Of a DNA stretch of 64,000 nt, positions 54,301 to 63,948 are shown piece by piece (position 1 is the stretch's first letter; every line of letters starts with the position of its first letter). The DNA is from Cyanobacteria bacterium J06626_4 (lineage in GTDB: Bacteria; Cyanobacteriota; Cyanobacteriia; Phormidesmidales; Phormidesmidaceae), in assembly GCA_038523235.1 (NCBI GenBank), contig JBCBJQ010000024.1:1-64000 (forward strand), written 5' to 3'. The notes under the pieces are model-generated. The model saw nothing but the letters and a program-made list of their open reading frames with translations. It made no database searches and was not told where the DNA came from. The position numbers were made by a program, and so were the translations under genes.

Positions 54301-56840
54301 AGGAGATCAGGCTGGGGCGGAGGAGCCGCTCCCAAGGTGGGATCAAGCGTCGTCACGTCGGGCAACTCGGGGGAATCAGGCGTCTCCGAAGCCGTGATCG
54401 TGACGGTGATGGCGACTGGGGCAGAATTGGCGACCCCATCTTGAGCGCGCAGGGTAAAGGCCGTGAGCGTGCCACTGGTATCGGCGGGGGGGATGAATTG
54501 CAGGGTATCGGTGGGAGCGATCGCGTCGCCGCGCTGCACGGGCACGCCATTTCTCAGCAGCGTTCCCGACTGGATCGAGTCGATTGCGAGCGTGGTGATG
54601 TCGCTGTTGGCATCGACAACAGTGGGGTTGAGGTCAGCCACGGTAAAGTCCAGCGGCTGATCGACTGCTGTGGCCAGCTGCTGTGAGGCGGACAGCGTCG
54701 GTGGGGCGTTGACTGAGGTGATGGTGACAGCGGGCGAGGGATTGTCGGTACCGCCAGTGGGTTGGACATCGAAGGTGCCGCCGGTGAGTAGGCTATCAGC
54801 GGCGATCGCCCCCGCCGTGCCATTCACGGCGGCGTTGCCGATCGTCAAGGCCGCGTTCGTGGGGCCACCATCATGCTGAATGGTTACCGTGCCGGGGGTG
54901 CCGCCTTGAGCGTTGATGGTGATGCCAGCGCTCAACCCCTGCACAGTGCCGTTGGCCACAATATTGACGTCACCCCCCGGATCGGCGCTGGTAGTGGTGG
55001 CCGCGATCGCGTCAAAGGTAATGTCGTCAGTGGATATCAGACTCACCGCGCCGGGAATTACTGCGCTGGTATCAATCGCGCCTAGCTGCAATCCCGCCCC
55101 CATTACCGTGACCGGGCCGCCCTGGGTCTGCAGGGTCGTGCCGCCACCGGCAATGACGCTGCCGCTGCCGCTGTTGTCGGCATCGGCCTGCAGCGTAATC
55201 GCGCCGAAATTGGTGGTGAGATTGCTGTTGAGAAAAATGTTGTTGTTGGCGATCGCGGTCAAGCCCACGCCGGTGGTGGTGGTGACATCGGTACTAAAGG
55301 TAATGTCATTGGTGGCTTGCAGTACCACATTGGCCAACGCGGCGTTGAGCGCGGTGACGTCAATTCGCGTCGTGTTGTTGGCCCCCAGGTCAGGATCACC
55401 AAACTCATCTACCGCTGTGAGCGCGGCGGTATCGGCCCCGGCAGCCACGATCTCAATGTTGGTGGGGTCTAGCAGCAGGGTGCCAGTACGGCCCGACGCG
55501 GCGAACGCATTCACCGTGCCCGCAAACTGCAGTGACTGAGCCGCCGAGATTTCGACCAAACCACCACTACCGCTGCCACGGCCCTGCACGCTGGCCTGGC
55601 CGAGAAATCGCGTTGTGTCATCGGCCCAAACGATTACCGTGCCACCGTCACCTGTCTGCACCGCGTTCGCCGCAAGCTGAGAATCGGCATCGACGGTCGT
55701 AACCTGTGCCCGAGGCAACGATCCTTGCCCCTGAAAGTCACCGCCAATGCGGATGTCGCCGCCGCCCTGCTGTCCAGAGGCATCGACCTCAGCATCCAAA
55801 AGCGAAACCTGCTGACCCAGGAGGTAGATCTGTCCGCTCTGCTCCCCGGCGGTGACGATTTCCCCGGATGCAATGACGCTGCCAAGTTCGAGGGTGGCCG
55901 CCGCCGTCGGCGATTCTAAACGCACCGTGCCATCTGCATTTTGAACGACGGTCAAGTCAGGGTTGGCTAGGGCGCTGCCAGTCAGCAACTCCGGTAGCGC
56001 CAGCGGATTCAGCGAGAGCTGTCCGGTGGCAGTCAGGGTTGGCGCAATTTCCAGGCTGAGCAGCTGATTTTCCTGACTGATGCGCACTAGGTTTTCGCCC
56101 GGCACTGCGGCCAGGGTAATCGTACCGCCGGGGGCCTCGATGGTGCCGAGATTAATGACTTCGCCCCCCAGCAGCGTGATCGATTCCCCGGCCTCGACGG
56201 TCAAATCGCCTAGGTTGAGCACCGTGCCAGAGGTGTTTTCGGCAAAGGCAAAGCCATCGGGTGAGCCCACCAATGCTTCATAGGCGGTGGGATTTTGCAC
56301 GTCTAGCCAGGTGTCGCCAAAGCCGATCTGGTTGGCGGTCGTGGCCGTAAAGGAGCCGGTCAGATCGATCGCGCCATGGGGGCCAAAAATAACGCCAGCG
56401 GGATTGATCAGATACAGATTGGCACTGCTGCCACTAACCTGCAGCAGCCCGTTAATGATCGAGGCGTTGCCACCATTGACGCTGCTGAGAATGTTCTGAA
56501 TCTCCGGTGCGGCGATAAAGTTAACCACCTGCTCCGCCGTCAGCCCAAACTCCTGAAAGCTGTGGAACAGGTTGGCCCCATCGCCTGAAAGCTGGCCGCC
56601 CGTGATATCAAGTTGGCTGCCGTCGGGCGTCACCACGGTGCCGGTGCCGTCCGCATTGGGCATGACGGCCTGAGCGAGGCGCGGGGATGAGAACTGCGGC
56701 GGTAGTTCCGTCGGCGGAGACAGCAGCGGCTGAACCGAGAGGGGCGGTGGGGTGTCTACCGCGATCTCGGGAGGCACGACTGACGCTAGCGGTAAGGGCG
56801 GGGGGGCGGGGGGCGCGATCGCACAAAAGATACACAACAT
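51336..56840 (-). CDS. filamentous haemagglutinin N-terminal domain - beta-rich repeats - acidic linker - TPR - CHAT protease
   Basis: NLFHSFQEFGL, LYLINPAGVIFG, G.LLLDP; TPR units (ALGGLGATY.ALGDY..AI); CHAT dyad IIHLATHG and LSACDTGRG, VSLWQVPD, WAAF. Confidence 0.92.
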   Translation of the reverse strand: MLCIFCAIAPPAPPPLPLASVVPPEIAVDTPPPLSVQPLLSPPTELPPQFSSPRLAQAVMPNADGTGTVVTPDGSQLDITGGQLSGDGANLFHSFQEFGLTAEQVVNFIAAPEIQNILSSVNGGNASIINGLLQVSGSSANLYLINPAGVIFGPHGAIDLTGSFTATTANQIGFGDTWLDVQNPTAYEALVGSPDGFAFAENTSGTVLNLGDLTVEAGESITLLGGEVINLGTIEAPGGTITLAAVPGENLVRISQENQLLSLEIAPTLTATGQLSLNPLALPELLTGSALANPDLTVVQNADGTVRLESPTAAATLELGSVIASGEIVTAGEQSGQIYLLGQQVSLLDAEVDASGQQGGGDIRIGGDFQGQGSLPRAQVTTVDADSQLAANAVQTGDGGTVIVWADDTTRFLGQASVQGRGSGSGGLVEISAAQSLQFAGTVNAFAASGRTGTLLLDPTNIEIVAAGADTAALTAVDEFGDPDLGANNTTRIDVTALNAALANVVLQATNDITFSTDVTTTTGVGLTAIANNNIFLNSNLTTNFGAITLQADADNSGSGSVIAGGGTTLQTQGGPVTVMGAGLQLGAIDTSAVIPGAVSLISTDDITFDAIAATTTSADPGGDVNIVANGTVQGLSAGITINAQGGTPGTVTIQHDGGPTNAALTIGNAAVNGTAGAIAADSLLTGGTFDVQPTGGTDNPSPAVTITSVNAPPTLSASQQLATAVDQPLDFTVADLNPTVVDANSDITTLAIDSIQSGTLLRNGVPVQRGDAIAPTDTLQFIPPADTSGTLTAFTLRAQDGVANSAPVAITVTITASETPDSPELPDVTTLDPTLGAAPPPQPDLLPTEQTFIQSLSLAQSPQLEELSVLGMVLPEPSLLIGAAIAISADEDGIFPPSAANAPAANVPSLDIATEPRENQALPQPGGGVNLSQLQEPGDEGETGEGGDEGGGEDDLPVPDAGDNGSAVEGEPDAGSSLLTDETEPATPTPETDSGNPATDGETTSGDATTGSIEEDGITSPAAESAADSEANTGLRNCQATVESVENTAARDRSEALYEALIDCYEANLATATAQGDTRWIAYSLNNLAISHFVIGDYLTALDLHQQQLDQAIALRDATQEGIALGGLGATYAALGDYATAIDFYERSLSRLPIETAPQWKALTYRNLGNAYFAAKNYEQAAQHQLTSLDIARGAGDRYGEMQAYGNLGSTRAIQGRFAEAIAHHEQGLALATTLAEPLEAAQILLGLSTVYAYQQNYDQAYRYSQEARAIAQQLGSRLGEGVALTNVGNALLYLNRLTEAEQTLFTAIELWESLRAGLGTNDAFKISIFETQLAAYNNLQEALVNQDKSTIALEVSERSRARAFVELLARGQGSASAAGPVSPPSLARLQQIAATQNATLVEYAIIRDQVADPPHAASVQNPVEPRDAQLYIWVVSPDGAVQFRSVSLPTAVSASTVADLVVETRTALTGRDPSLVAASRGLRVVPSVPDLSDRPLQPGDFVRREGDLADLPPYQVVSVSPDGQTVTVSHPDFVLPDPALPVSELSRVEPTAGAIAQPPLQQLHDLLIAPIAELLPTDPNDLVIFVPQEHLFLVPFAALQDEQGTYLIEQHTVAITPSIQVLELTSNHAAPPNPAATNALIVGNPTPMPGSFVPLPNAETEAATVADLLSATPLLRGDATEAEVKAALAEADIIHLATHGEFNSTQPLQGALALAPDAQNDGFLTAAEILEQPLQASLAILSACDTGRGRITGDGVIGLSRSFMAAGVPQVVVSLWQVPDQQTADLMIDFHTERLKQGNTPQALREAMLSAISTYPDDPALWAAFVQVGSAP

Positions 56841-56855
56841 CGGGTAGGGGCTCCA

Positions 56856-57539
56856 TTAGTTTTCGATCGGGAAATCGCAGATGACGGCGTCACTCGAACC
56901 GTCTAGCGCCGCGCTTTGGGCCACACAGAGGGTCGCCGGGCGCGAACGGACGTAGGCCCATTCATTCTCTAGATAGAGCGCCAGCTGACTGGGGCCAGCC
57001 TGAAACTCAACCCGCGCCACTGCCGCCGAAAATACGTCTGTGTAACCGCGATAAACCTCATGGCACAGGCCCCAGCGGCCACATTCTAAAAGCATCAGCG
57101 GGCCGTAATTGTCGTCGAACGGCGGCGCCACGTAAACCGTGCGATAGATCTTGTGCCAAGCGGCGATCGCCTGATGTGACTGAGGCGCATAGCCAAACAG
57201 CACCGCTGGAAAAGCGGCCATCGATAGGAGAACGCCCACCGAGATCGCGATCGCCAACAGCACCGCAGCGCGTCGCGCGACCGGTTGCCACTGGGGTTTG
57301 AGCACCCTGAGCAACAGCAGCCCGAATAACCCGGCACCCAAGGCCGGCAGCGCCAACCCGACGCTCGTACTGATTAGCAGCGCCGGGAGTCTCAGGTAGC
57401 TATAGCCCAGGGCCAACCCGTGCCAGCCCGGCACCTGACCACCGGTGAAGGGGGCATACCACAGCCAGCTGAGCGCCCCGAACCCGGCCCAGAGGGCCAG
57501 CAGTCTCAGGATTGAGGGTTTAGACAGAAATGGGGGCAT
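56856..57539 (-). CDS. hypothetical membrane protein
   Basis: Three hydrophobic helices then a small Cys-containing domain; co-oriented within the CHAT cluster. Confidence 0.6.
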   Translation of the reverse strand: MPPFLSKPSILRLLALWAGFGALSWLWYAPFTGGQVPGWHGLALGYSYLRLPALLISTSVGLALPALGAGLFGLLLLRVLKPQWQPVARRAAVLLAIAISVGVLLSMAAFPAVLFGYAPQSHQAIAAWHKIYRTVYVAPPFDDNYGPLMLLECGRWGLCHEVYRGYTDVFSAAVARVEFQAGPSQLALYLENEWAYVRSRPATLCVAQSAALDGSSDAVICDFPIEN

Positions 57540-57623
57540 TGCTGTTCTCACTCACAATGACGGTGGGCAAAACTACGGCAGGCGAGGGGCTGCCTGGGCT
57601 GTCGTGCCTGCTGCCGGTTGAAC

Positions 57624-58358
57624 TTAAGGGGACGGCACTGCCTCGCAGCAGTCCGTCAGGGGCTGAGCGACGACATCATCCAGCTGTACCAGCTCATGCG
57701 TTAGCAGGCTGGCCCAAGCGTCTATCCACTCCGTCGCGTCGGGGGCTAACTGCCGCTGGTCGCCCAGCTCAGTCAGGGTGTCGTACCAAAAGCCGTGGCT
57801 GGCCAGCAGCGTGATGCGGTCTTCCACATCGGCTTGCTCAAGTTGCCCGGTGAATTCAGCGGTGGGCGATCGCCGCACCACGATGCCGGTGGTGGCTGGG
57901 TCATCACCACTCTCGTCCGGACAATCGACGGATAGCGTCCAGCGGTAGGGCACGTCGGGGGCCAGCTCCGGGGCCGCTTCGGGCACCGGCAGGCGACTGA
58001 TGCCCACGTCCGGAATCGCGGGGTAGGTGGCGGTGTACAAGATTTCGTCGCTGCCTTCGGGGGTCAGCGTCAAGGCCACTGTGCGGCCAGCCTCCGAGAG
58101 AAACACCCAGAACGTCGGCTGGGCCTGCAGCGTTTCGCCCCAGTGGGTTTGGGTCGGTTCGAGCGCGATGATGCCACAGCCCCGACTGCCCGCATCGCGC
58201 ACGGTGCTGCTGCGTCCTGGTGCGCCGCGATTGGGCGGATTGAAGGGCACGGCTAGGGGCGCCACATCCGCGATCGCCACCAGAGCCAAAAGGCTCCAAA
58301 GCATTGCCGTCAACCCACCCAGGCGTGTTTGACGAGGCTGTGTAAATAAGGATTTCAT
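57624..58358 (-). CDS. DUF928 domain protein (secreted)
   Basis: Signal peptide, FNPP..GAPG.....AGSRGC, T...QPTFW, YRW.LS..C, GFWYDTL; ATGA overlap with the CHASE2 gene. Confidence 0.88.
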   Translation of the reverse strand: MKSLFTQPRQTRLGGLTAMLWSLLALVAIADVAPLAVPFNPPNRGAPGRSSTVRDAGSRGCGIIALEPTQTHWGETLQAQPTFWVFLSEAGRTVALTLTPEGSDEILYTATYPAIPDVGISRLPVPEAAPELAPDVPYRWTLSVDCPDESGDDPATTGIVVRRSPTAEFTGQLEQADVEDRITLLASHGFWYDTLTELGDQRQLAPDATEWIDAWASLLTHELVQLDDVVAQPLTDCCEAVPSP

Positions 58359-60703
58359 GAGGGCAATTTTTTCCTGAGTTGAGCATGATCGAGTCCGTGA
58401 GCGCTGGCAAAAGTACCGACCGTGGCCAAAGTGGTACCAATCGCGGCTGGCACTAGGGGCACCCACCAGCTTAGATTCAGCAGTCCCCACGCAATTCCGT
58501 ACAGCAGCAGTACGCTGCCCCCGGCGGCGATCGCGGCCACACTCAGACGCCGCCAACGCCAGCCCACCAGCCCCCCTAAACCGCACCAGGCCGCAATCCA
58601 CACTAGCTCCACCCCCATGGGCCAGACGCGAATCGGCGATCGCCCGTCTAAAGCTGCGGTCAGCAGGTGGTTGACCATTTGCGCGTGCAGCAAGACCCCC
58701 TCAGTTTGCTGCTGGGGCCATTGGTTCGCCCCAGCCGGTGTCAGAAAAAAGTCCGTCGGATTCGAGACCGGAGCCGACATGCCGATGAGCACGATATGGT
58801 TCTCCAGACTTTCCAGGTCGATGTTTTGTGTCAGGAGATCGGATACGGAAATTTGTTGAACAAATGTTTCGGTAGCCGCATAGTTAAGCCACACCTGAAA
58901 CCCCCAGTGATCGAGGTTGTGGTAAGGGCCTGAGTGGCTTTGCAGCGGCGCAAATGTCGCTTGTCCAAGCTGCAATCGTTCGTCCGGTAAGATTTGTGGC
59001 TGAATGCCTTCCGCATCGAGATATTGGATGGCCAGCCGCGCACTCAGCGAAAATTCTGTGGCGCAGGGGTCATCGACTTCAGGCGTCATAAACAGTAAGT
59101 GGCGGCGCATGACGCCGTCATGGTCTTCGACTACGTTGCTAAAGCTCAAGCGCTCGGTCGGCAAACTTGGTGGTGGAGCGATGCCGTCCCCTTGGCCCAA
59201 GCGCACGCTGCATAGCCCCACTAGGTTGTCTTGCGCCGCCAGCAGCGGTGCTAACGGACTATTCTCCTCAGGCCGATCGCGAAAAATGTCTAGCCCAATC
59301 AGCCGGGGCTCGTAGGGCTGCAGGCGCTCAATCACCTGCGCCAACACCGCATCCGGCAGGGGATAACCATAGCGATTGATGTCAGCTTCCGTGGCCTCAA
59401 CCACGAGCAGTCGTTCGGGGGTGGCGCGGGGCAGGCGCTGCTGCAGGAGGCGATCGTAGGCGCGCAGCTCCGCCGGCTGCAGCCCCCCCAACGATCGCAC
59501 GGCCAATACCAGCACGGACGCCGCGACGCTGGCCACCAGCGCAATGTATCCCCGGCGGCGATCGGTGGTGATCGGCGGCGGGGCTGGGGCGGTGGTCGGG
59601 GATGTTAGCGGGGGCGACGCGGCGATTCCCTGCAGCTGGGGCCAGGTGGGCGGCGGGTCGGGCACCGTTTGCACCAGCACCGGCAACCAGCTCGCACAGG
59701 GAAAGTCGCCTTCTAACCCTTGCAGCCGCTCGCGAGCCTGCCGCAGGGCCAGGGGCAAGGGGTGTCCAGCGGCATAGGCCGGGAGTAAGTAGGTCAAAAA
59801 CAGCTGCGCAATCCGATCTGGCACGGGCTGGCGCATGACGATCAGCTGCGGCAGGTTTACCTGCTCTAGCGCGGGCACTAACCCTAAGCCGTCACAGGAG
59901 TTGAAAATCGCCAGCTGTAGACCGTTGGCGATCGCCCGTCGAAGCCCGTAGCGGAGTTCCTCTAGGGTGAGACTGTCGTGGGGGTTGATGTAAATGCGCC
60001 CGGTGGCGTTGGCGCTCTCGCTGTGTCCGGCAAAAAACAGCAGGTGCCAGGGCCGCTCCCATAGCTGGTCGTTAATCTCCTGTCGCTGAGGCTCAACTAA
60101 AAAGGTGACGTGGGCGTGGGGCAGCGCGGCCAGCAGGGCGCGATCGCGGCTGACATCAATGCCTGCGCTATGGCCCAAGATGGCGAGTATGTTAACTTGG
60201 GCCGAGTTCACCGGGGCGATCGCCGGCCGCTTAAACTGCGCCGCGCTAAGGGCCACCTCCGCCTGGGGATAGCGCTCTAAAAGCTCCCACAGGTGCCAGG
60301 GCAGCTGCTGCAGATCGGGGTTCGCGGTGCGCACCAACACCCGCACGCTATCGTCGGGCTGTAGCTCTTCGCGCAGCAGGCGATCAATCGGGCGAAAGGC
60401 CTCGGCTGAGAGCCACTGGTTAAACTGGCGCTGCAGGGTCTGCGCCGCCTGCTGACAGGCATCAACCCGCTGAATTGAGCCGACATAGATGATTTCCTTA
60501 GGGCGAATGCGCGTTGGCGTATCGAGCTGCCGATAGCATTGCTGCCATGCCTGCAGCTGCTGTTGCAGCATGGGGTCAGTCGGCAAGGTGCCCGTCACCA
60601 CCGCAGCGGGGCGATCGCCTTCCGCACCCACTTCCGCCGTCACGCGAAACCCCTGGTGCTCCAGGTTGCCATCGAGAATAAGCGTAACCAACTGACAGCG
60701 CAT
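58355..60703 (-). CDS. CHAT protease - CHASE2 sensor membrane protein
   Basis: LPWHLW, LFFAGHS, AIFNSCDGLG, WLPV; TM helix; CHASE2 motifs ELRAYD, IGLDIFRD, D.DG..RR, GV.LHAQMV; three C-terminal TM helices. Confidence 0.92.
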   Translation of the reverse strand: MRCQLVTLILDGNLEHQGFRVTAEVGAEGDRPAAVVTGTLPTDPMLQQQLQAWQQCYRQLDTPTRIRPKEIIYVGSIQRVDACQQAAQTLQRQFNQWLSAEAFRPIDRLLREELQPDDSVRVLVRTANPDLQQLPWHLWELLERYPQAEVALSAAQFKRPAIAPVNSAQVNILAILGHSAGIDVSRDRALLAALPHAHVTFLVEPQRQEINDQLWERPWHLLFFAGHSESANATGRIYINPHDSLTLEELRYGLRRAIANGLQLAIFNSCDGLGLVPALEQVNLPQLIVMRQPVPDRIAQLFLTYLLPAYAAGHPLPLALRQARERLQGLEGDFPCASWLPVLVQTVPDPPPTWPQLQGIAASPPLTSPTTAPAPPPITTDRRRGYIALVASVAASVLVLAVRSLGGLQPAELRAYDRLLQQRLPRATPERLLVVEATEADINRYGYPLPDAVLAQVIERLQPYEPRLIGLDIFRDRPEENSPLAPLLAAQDNLVGLCSVRLGQGDGIAPPPSLPTERLSFSNVVEDHDGVMRRHLLFMTPEVDDPCATEFSLSARLAIQYLDAEGIQPQILPDERLQLGQATFAPLQSHSGPYHNLDHWGFQVWLNYAATETFVQQISVSDLLTQNIDLESLENHIVLIGMSAPVSNPTDFFLTPAGANQWPQQQTEGVLLHAQMVNHLLTAALDGRSPIRVWPMGVELVWIAAWCGLGGLVGWRWRRLSVAAIAAGGSVLLLYGIAWGLLNLSWWVPLVPAAIGTTLATVGTFASAHGLDHAQLRKKLPS

Positions 60704-60771
60704 GAGCTCGGTACCGGCTTCAAATCGGGACAAAGGGACAGGTCAAGACGGTGGCCGCAGAGGCTCCGTCG

Positions 60772-61755
60772 CTATACTTCAAACCGTTCGGTATAGGTGC
60801 GATCGCCCAGCGCCACTTGCACGCTAAACTGCTCGGCGATCGCGGCGACAAACTTGAGCTGAATCGCTTCCGTATCGCGGGCCTCCGCCTGCATCACCGC
60901 GATGTCAGCAGCGTCCAAAATCGCCAGTCGCAGGGCCGTCGGCAGACGAGTTTGGCCCGCCGCTGGACTCAGCTGCACCCAAATTTCTAGCTCCTCTGAC
61001 CCTTGGGGTATCAGCCCCACCAGCAGCGTCACGGTGACGGCGGTGACCCCAGTGCCGAGCGTGATGGACTTAGACTGGCCAATTTGAGGCACGGGTTGCG
61101 GTGGGCTATCGGCAGCATCCGTCTCGGTTTCAGCCGCCGCGCCACTGCGCCAGGCAAAGGTCGGCGACGGTGCGGTGAGTTCGGCCACCGTGTCGGCGAC
61201 CGCTTGCCAACCCGTTTCGACCGTTTGCTGGAGCCAACGGCTCAGGCGCACCGGCACCGCTTCGGTCGCCTGCTGTTCTAAAAAACTGCCCAACATTTCC
61301 GGAGACTGTAGATCTGACAGTGGAATAGAAGTTACGTCTCCGGTGGGAACGGGGCGGGTGGCGGTAAAACCGAGGAGCGTGGCCTGACGCAACGACGCGT
61401 CAAGGTAAATGGCAAGATAGGCAATCCGATCGCTGCTCACAGCAGCCGGAATGGCGATCGCGCTAGCCCCCGGTAAGACTGGCCGACATTCCAGCCGCCC
61501 GACTCCGCTCACCAGCACATCGGCCACATCCAGCAGCGTCTGCTGCGCTGGGTCGTGGCTGTAGCTTTGGCTCCAATCAATGTCATAGCCCCGCCTCTCC
61601 AGATAGGTCGCCCCCGCATAGGCCGCGAGAGTATTGAGGTAGACGCGTTTTTGCACCGCTGGCACCGTATGGCGGCGCTGAAAGTCTTGGGCGCGGCGAT
61701 GGGCCGTTAGGGCCAGCGGCAGCGATGCCGCCGATAAGTTGCTCAAGTCGTTCAT
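60772..61755 (-). CDS. DUF1822 family protein
   Basis: KRVYLNTLA.YA...YL, VAD....GVGRLECRPV, DRIAY, A.LLGF, LSRWLQ..VETGWQ, C-terminal Ig-like region ending TERF. Confidence 0.88.
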   Translation of the reverse strand: MNDLSNLSAASLPLALTAHRRAQDFQRRHTVPAVQKRVYLNTLAAYAGATYLERRGYDIDWSQSYSHDPAQQTLLDVADVLVSGVGRLECRPVLPGASAIAIPAAVSSDRIAYLAIYLDASLRQATLLGFTATRPVPTGDVTSIPLSDLQSPEMLGSFLEQQATEAVPVRLSRWLQQTVETGWQAVADTVAELTAPSPTFAWRSGAAAETETDAADSPPQPVPQIGQSKSITLGTGVTAVTVTLLVGLIPQGSEELEIWVQLSPAAGQTRLPTALRLAILDAADIAVMQAEARDTEAIQLKFVAAIAEQFSVQVALGDRTYTERFEV

Positions 61756-61788
61756 GGTCGAGGTCTCACGGGGGAACGGGGCAGCACC

Positions 61789-62691
61789 TTACAACAGGCG
61801 CTGAAACTGGGGGGCAAACTTATCGCAGCAGCGTTGAAAAAAGCTGCTGAGGGTGGGGACTTTGATCGCATACTCTTGGGCAATGTCTTCCCAACTGCGT
61901 TCAGCAAAGCGGGCCAGGGCGATCGCCTGAAAACTGGCTTCTGGGTGATGGCGAATGTGGGTGGTTCGAAACTGGTCGTCGGGGTCAGCAGCAATGTAGT
62001 CGCGCACGGTGTGTGCTAGCGAGGGTGTCTCTGGCGGCGGTGCGGCGATCGCCTCCAAATCATTCAAATTGGGTAGTTCTTGAGCCTCCTGCTCGTTAAA
62101 ATCGCGCCGACAGTCAATCATTTGGCGATCGAGGCGAAAGTTGACCCAGTTCATAAACTTTTGCGCTGTGCCGCGCTCTGGATCATAGTTCTCAATCTTG
62201 CGGCAGACGTAGGTTAGCGTTTGGTTCAGTGCCTCCTCGTAAAGCAGGTCATAAAACGCGGGCATAAACTTACTGCGATGGGGATGCGCCAGCCGCCCAG
62301 AACGCCGAATCGCCTCGATTAACTGGGTTAGAGCGTGCTGTCTTTGAGGACTGCGAGCCGGATGCCGTTGGGCTTCTAACGCTAGTTGCTTAAGCTGATC
62401 ATCCGTGAGAGCTGCTTGGAGAGCAGTTGCCTGTACGACGGTACTCCACTCCGAAACTGCGCTGTGATCACCCTGGTATTGCTCAACTGCTGCCGTTGCG
62501 GCTACCAGCATCTGCTGCTGCAAGCGATCGCGCAGCGCCCGATAAACCGGGTTTTCCGGAGCCTCTGGGCAGGGTCGGCCCAATCGTTGCGAACGCATCA
62601 GCACCGCTACCACGGCTGATAGGGCTTGGGTGCGGTTTGCTGCAGTCGCCTGCTGAGCCTGATGCAGCAGTTGCTCCAGTTCTGATTCCAT
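61789..62691 (-). CDS. sigma-70/ECF-like (HetZ-related) DNA-binding protein
   Basis: YEEAL..TL.Y.C..I..YDPERG...FM.WVNF.L (region-2-like) and C-terminal HTH WEDIAQEY.I...TLSSFFQR. Confidence 0.75.
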   Translation of the reverse strand: MESELEQLLHQAQQATAANRTQALSAVVAVLMRSQRLGRPCPEAPENPVYRALRDRLQQQMLVAATAAVEQYQGDHSAVSEWSTVVQATALQAALTDDQLKQLALEAQRHPARSPQRQHALTQLIEAIRRSGRLAHPHRSKFMPAFYDLLYEEALNQTLTYVCRKIENYDPERGTAQKFMNWVNFRLDRQMIDCRRDFNEQEAQELPNLNDLEAIAAPPPETPSLAHTVRDYIAADPDDQFRTTHIRHHPEASFQAIALARFAERSWEDIAQEYAIKVPTLSSFFQRCCDKFAPQFQRLL

Positions 62692-62850
62692 AAGCTGTCC
62701 TTGAGGAGGCTACCGCCAAACTGGGTTGAGATGACGTTTGAGGGGGCTTTGGAGTTTGGTTTCGATAAGCAAGTTAATCATATCGGGTCGCCGCCAACCC
62801 CCACTCCGTCCCCAACGACTCCTCAGTATTGGCAGGGTGAGATCGCCCCC

Positions 62851-63453
62851 TCAGGACAGGACGCGATCGCGGTAGCGACGGAAGGTTTTTTCGGACTTTA
62901 GACTGATGCTGTGTAGCAGCATCAGCACGATCGCAGCCCAGCCCCCGAGAAAGCTCAAGATCACCATCCGCAGCCAGTAGGGCACCTCGGTTGCCGGTAA
63001 GTTGCTGGCCCCAACCGATAAGCTCATGAGGAGTCCAAACACCGCCAGCAGGAACATCAGTCGTGATTGGTGGGACCATCGCAGCCAGTGAAATAGGCTT
63101 TTGCCGATTAGCGTCTCAGCGATCGAGACCACAATGCTGATAGCCATCAAATAGGGGGTGGCGAAAGCCATCACCAGTTCGCCCAGTTCAGGAATGCCGT
63201 CCTCAAAATCGCCGCCGCCAGTCACGCTAAACAGTATGAAGTTGAACCCTTGTACTGCCCATTGAACGAGTACGGCAGCTGATGGCACGGGGCCCTCTCC
63301 GGTCGTCATCAAAAGATGAGCGAGGAGCACGGCGAATACCAGCGTCCCGGCAAGCGTCGTGGTCAGCGAAAACTTGAACAGGTTGATGACAAAGCGTAGT
63401 GCCCATAGCTCAAAGTAACGACTGAGGCGATCGCGCAGTTTAGAAGATGCCAT
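62851..63453 (-). CDS. hypothetical membrane protein
   Basis: About five hydrophobic segments; no recognised motif. Confidence 0.55.
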   Translation of the reverse strand: MASSKLRDRLSRYFELWALRFVINLFKFSLTTTLAGTLVFAVLLAHLLMTTGEGPVPSAAVLVQWAVQGFNFILFSVTGGGDFEDGIPELGELVMAFATPYLMAISIVVSIAETLIGKSLFHWLRWSHQSRLMFLLAVFGLLMSLSVGASNLPATEVPYWLRMVILSFLGGWAAIVLMLLHSISLKSEKTFRRYRDRVLS

Positions 63454-63576
63454 CCCTTTCACTCACTCTTTAACTATGCTCGAATCAAAATCTGAAATCG
63501 AGTATCGACATCACACCCTGATCAATAAACAACGGCAAATAGCTGGGGCAAAGCCAATCACCTTCTCGTATCTGGC

Positions 63577-63948
63577 CTAAGGCAACGCGCAGACCGTGTA
63601 GATTTTGACGTTGCGGGCAATATCGTCCGTGTTGTTGAGTCTAAGACGCCAGGTGTTGTAGTTTTCTGGGTGGGAATTAATCACCTTGAAACCAGCGAAC
63701 GAATTGCCAGAAACGCCTTCGGTTTGAAAGCCTCCACTAATTGCGCCCCGACCAGCGGGACATTGCCAGAACAGGCTGACAGACTGCCCCGAATCCACAT
63801 TTACCCAATCCGAAATCGCTGTTATATAGGGTGATGGCGGCCGCGCGATCGCGCTCGACATGAAAATGCTAATCGTCGTCGCGATGGCGATCGCAAGAAC
63901 CAGCACCGGTTTGTTGAAGCGCTGAAACAACTGTTTGATGACAGACAT
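63577..63948 (-). CDS. hypothetical secreted protein
   Basis: Signal peptide ending SAIA; CPAG..AISGGF motif and terminal VCA. Confidence 0.6.
   Translation of the reverse strand: MSVIKQLFQRFNKPVLVLAIAIATTISIFMSSAIARPPSPYITAISDWVNVDSGQSVSLFWQCPAGRGAISGGFQTEGVSGNSFAGFKVINSHPENYNTWRLRLNNTDDIARNVKIYTVCALP

Noticed and set aside
58359..58601. N-terminal extension of the DUF928 ORF
   Set aside because: Overlaps the CHASE2 gene; the signal peptide begins at ATG 58358
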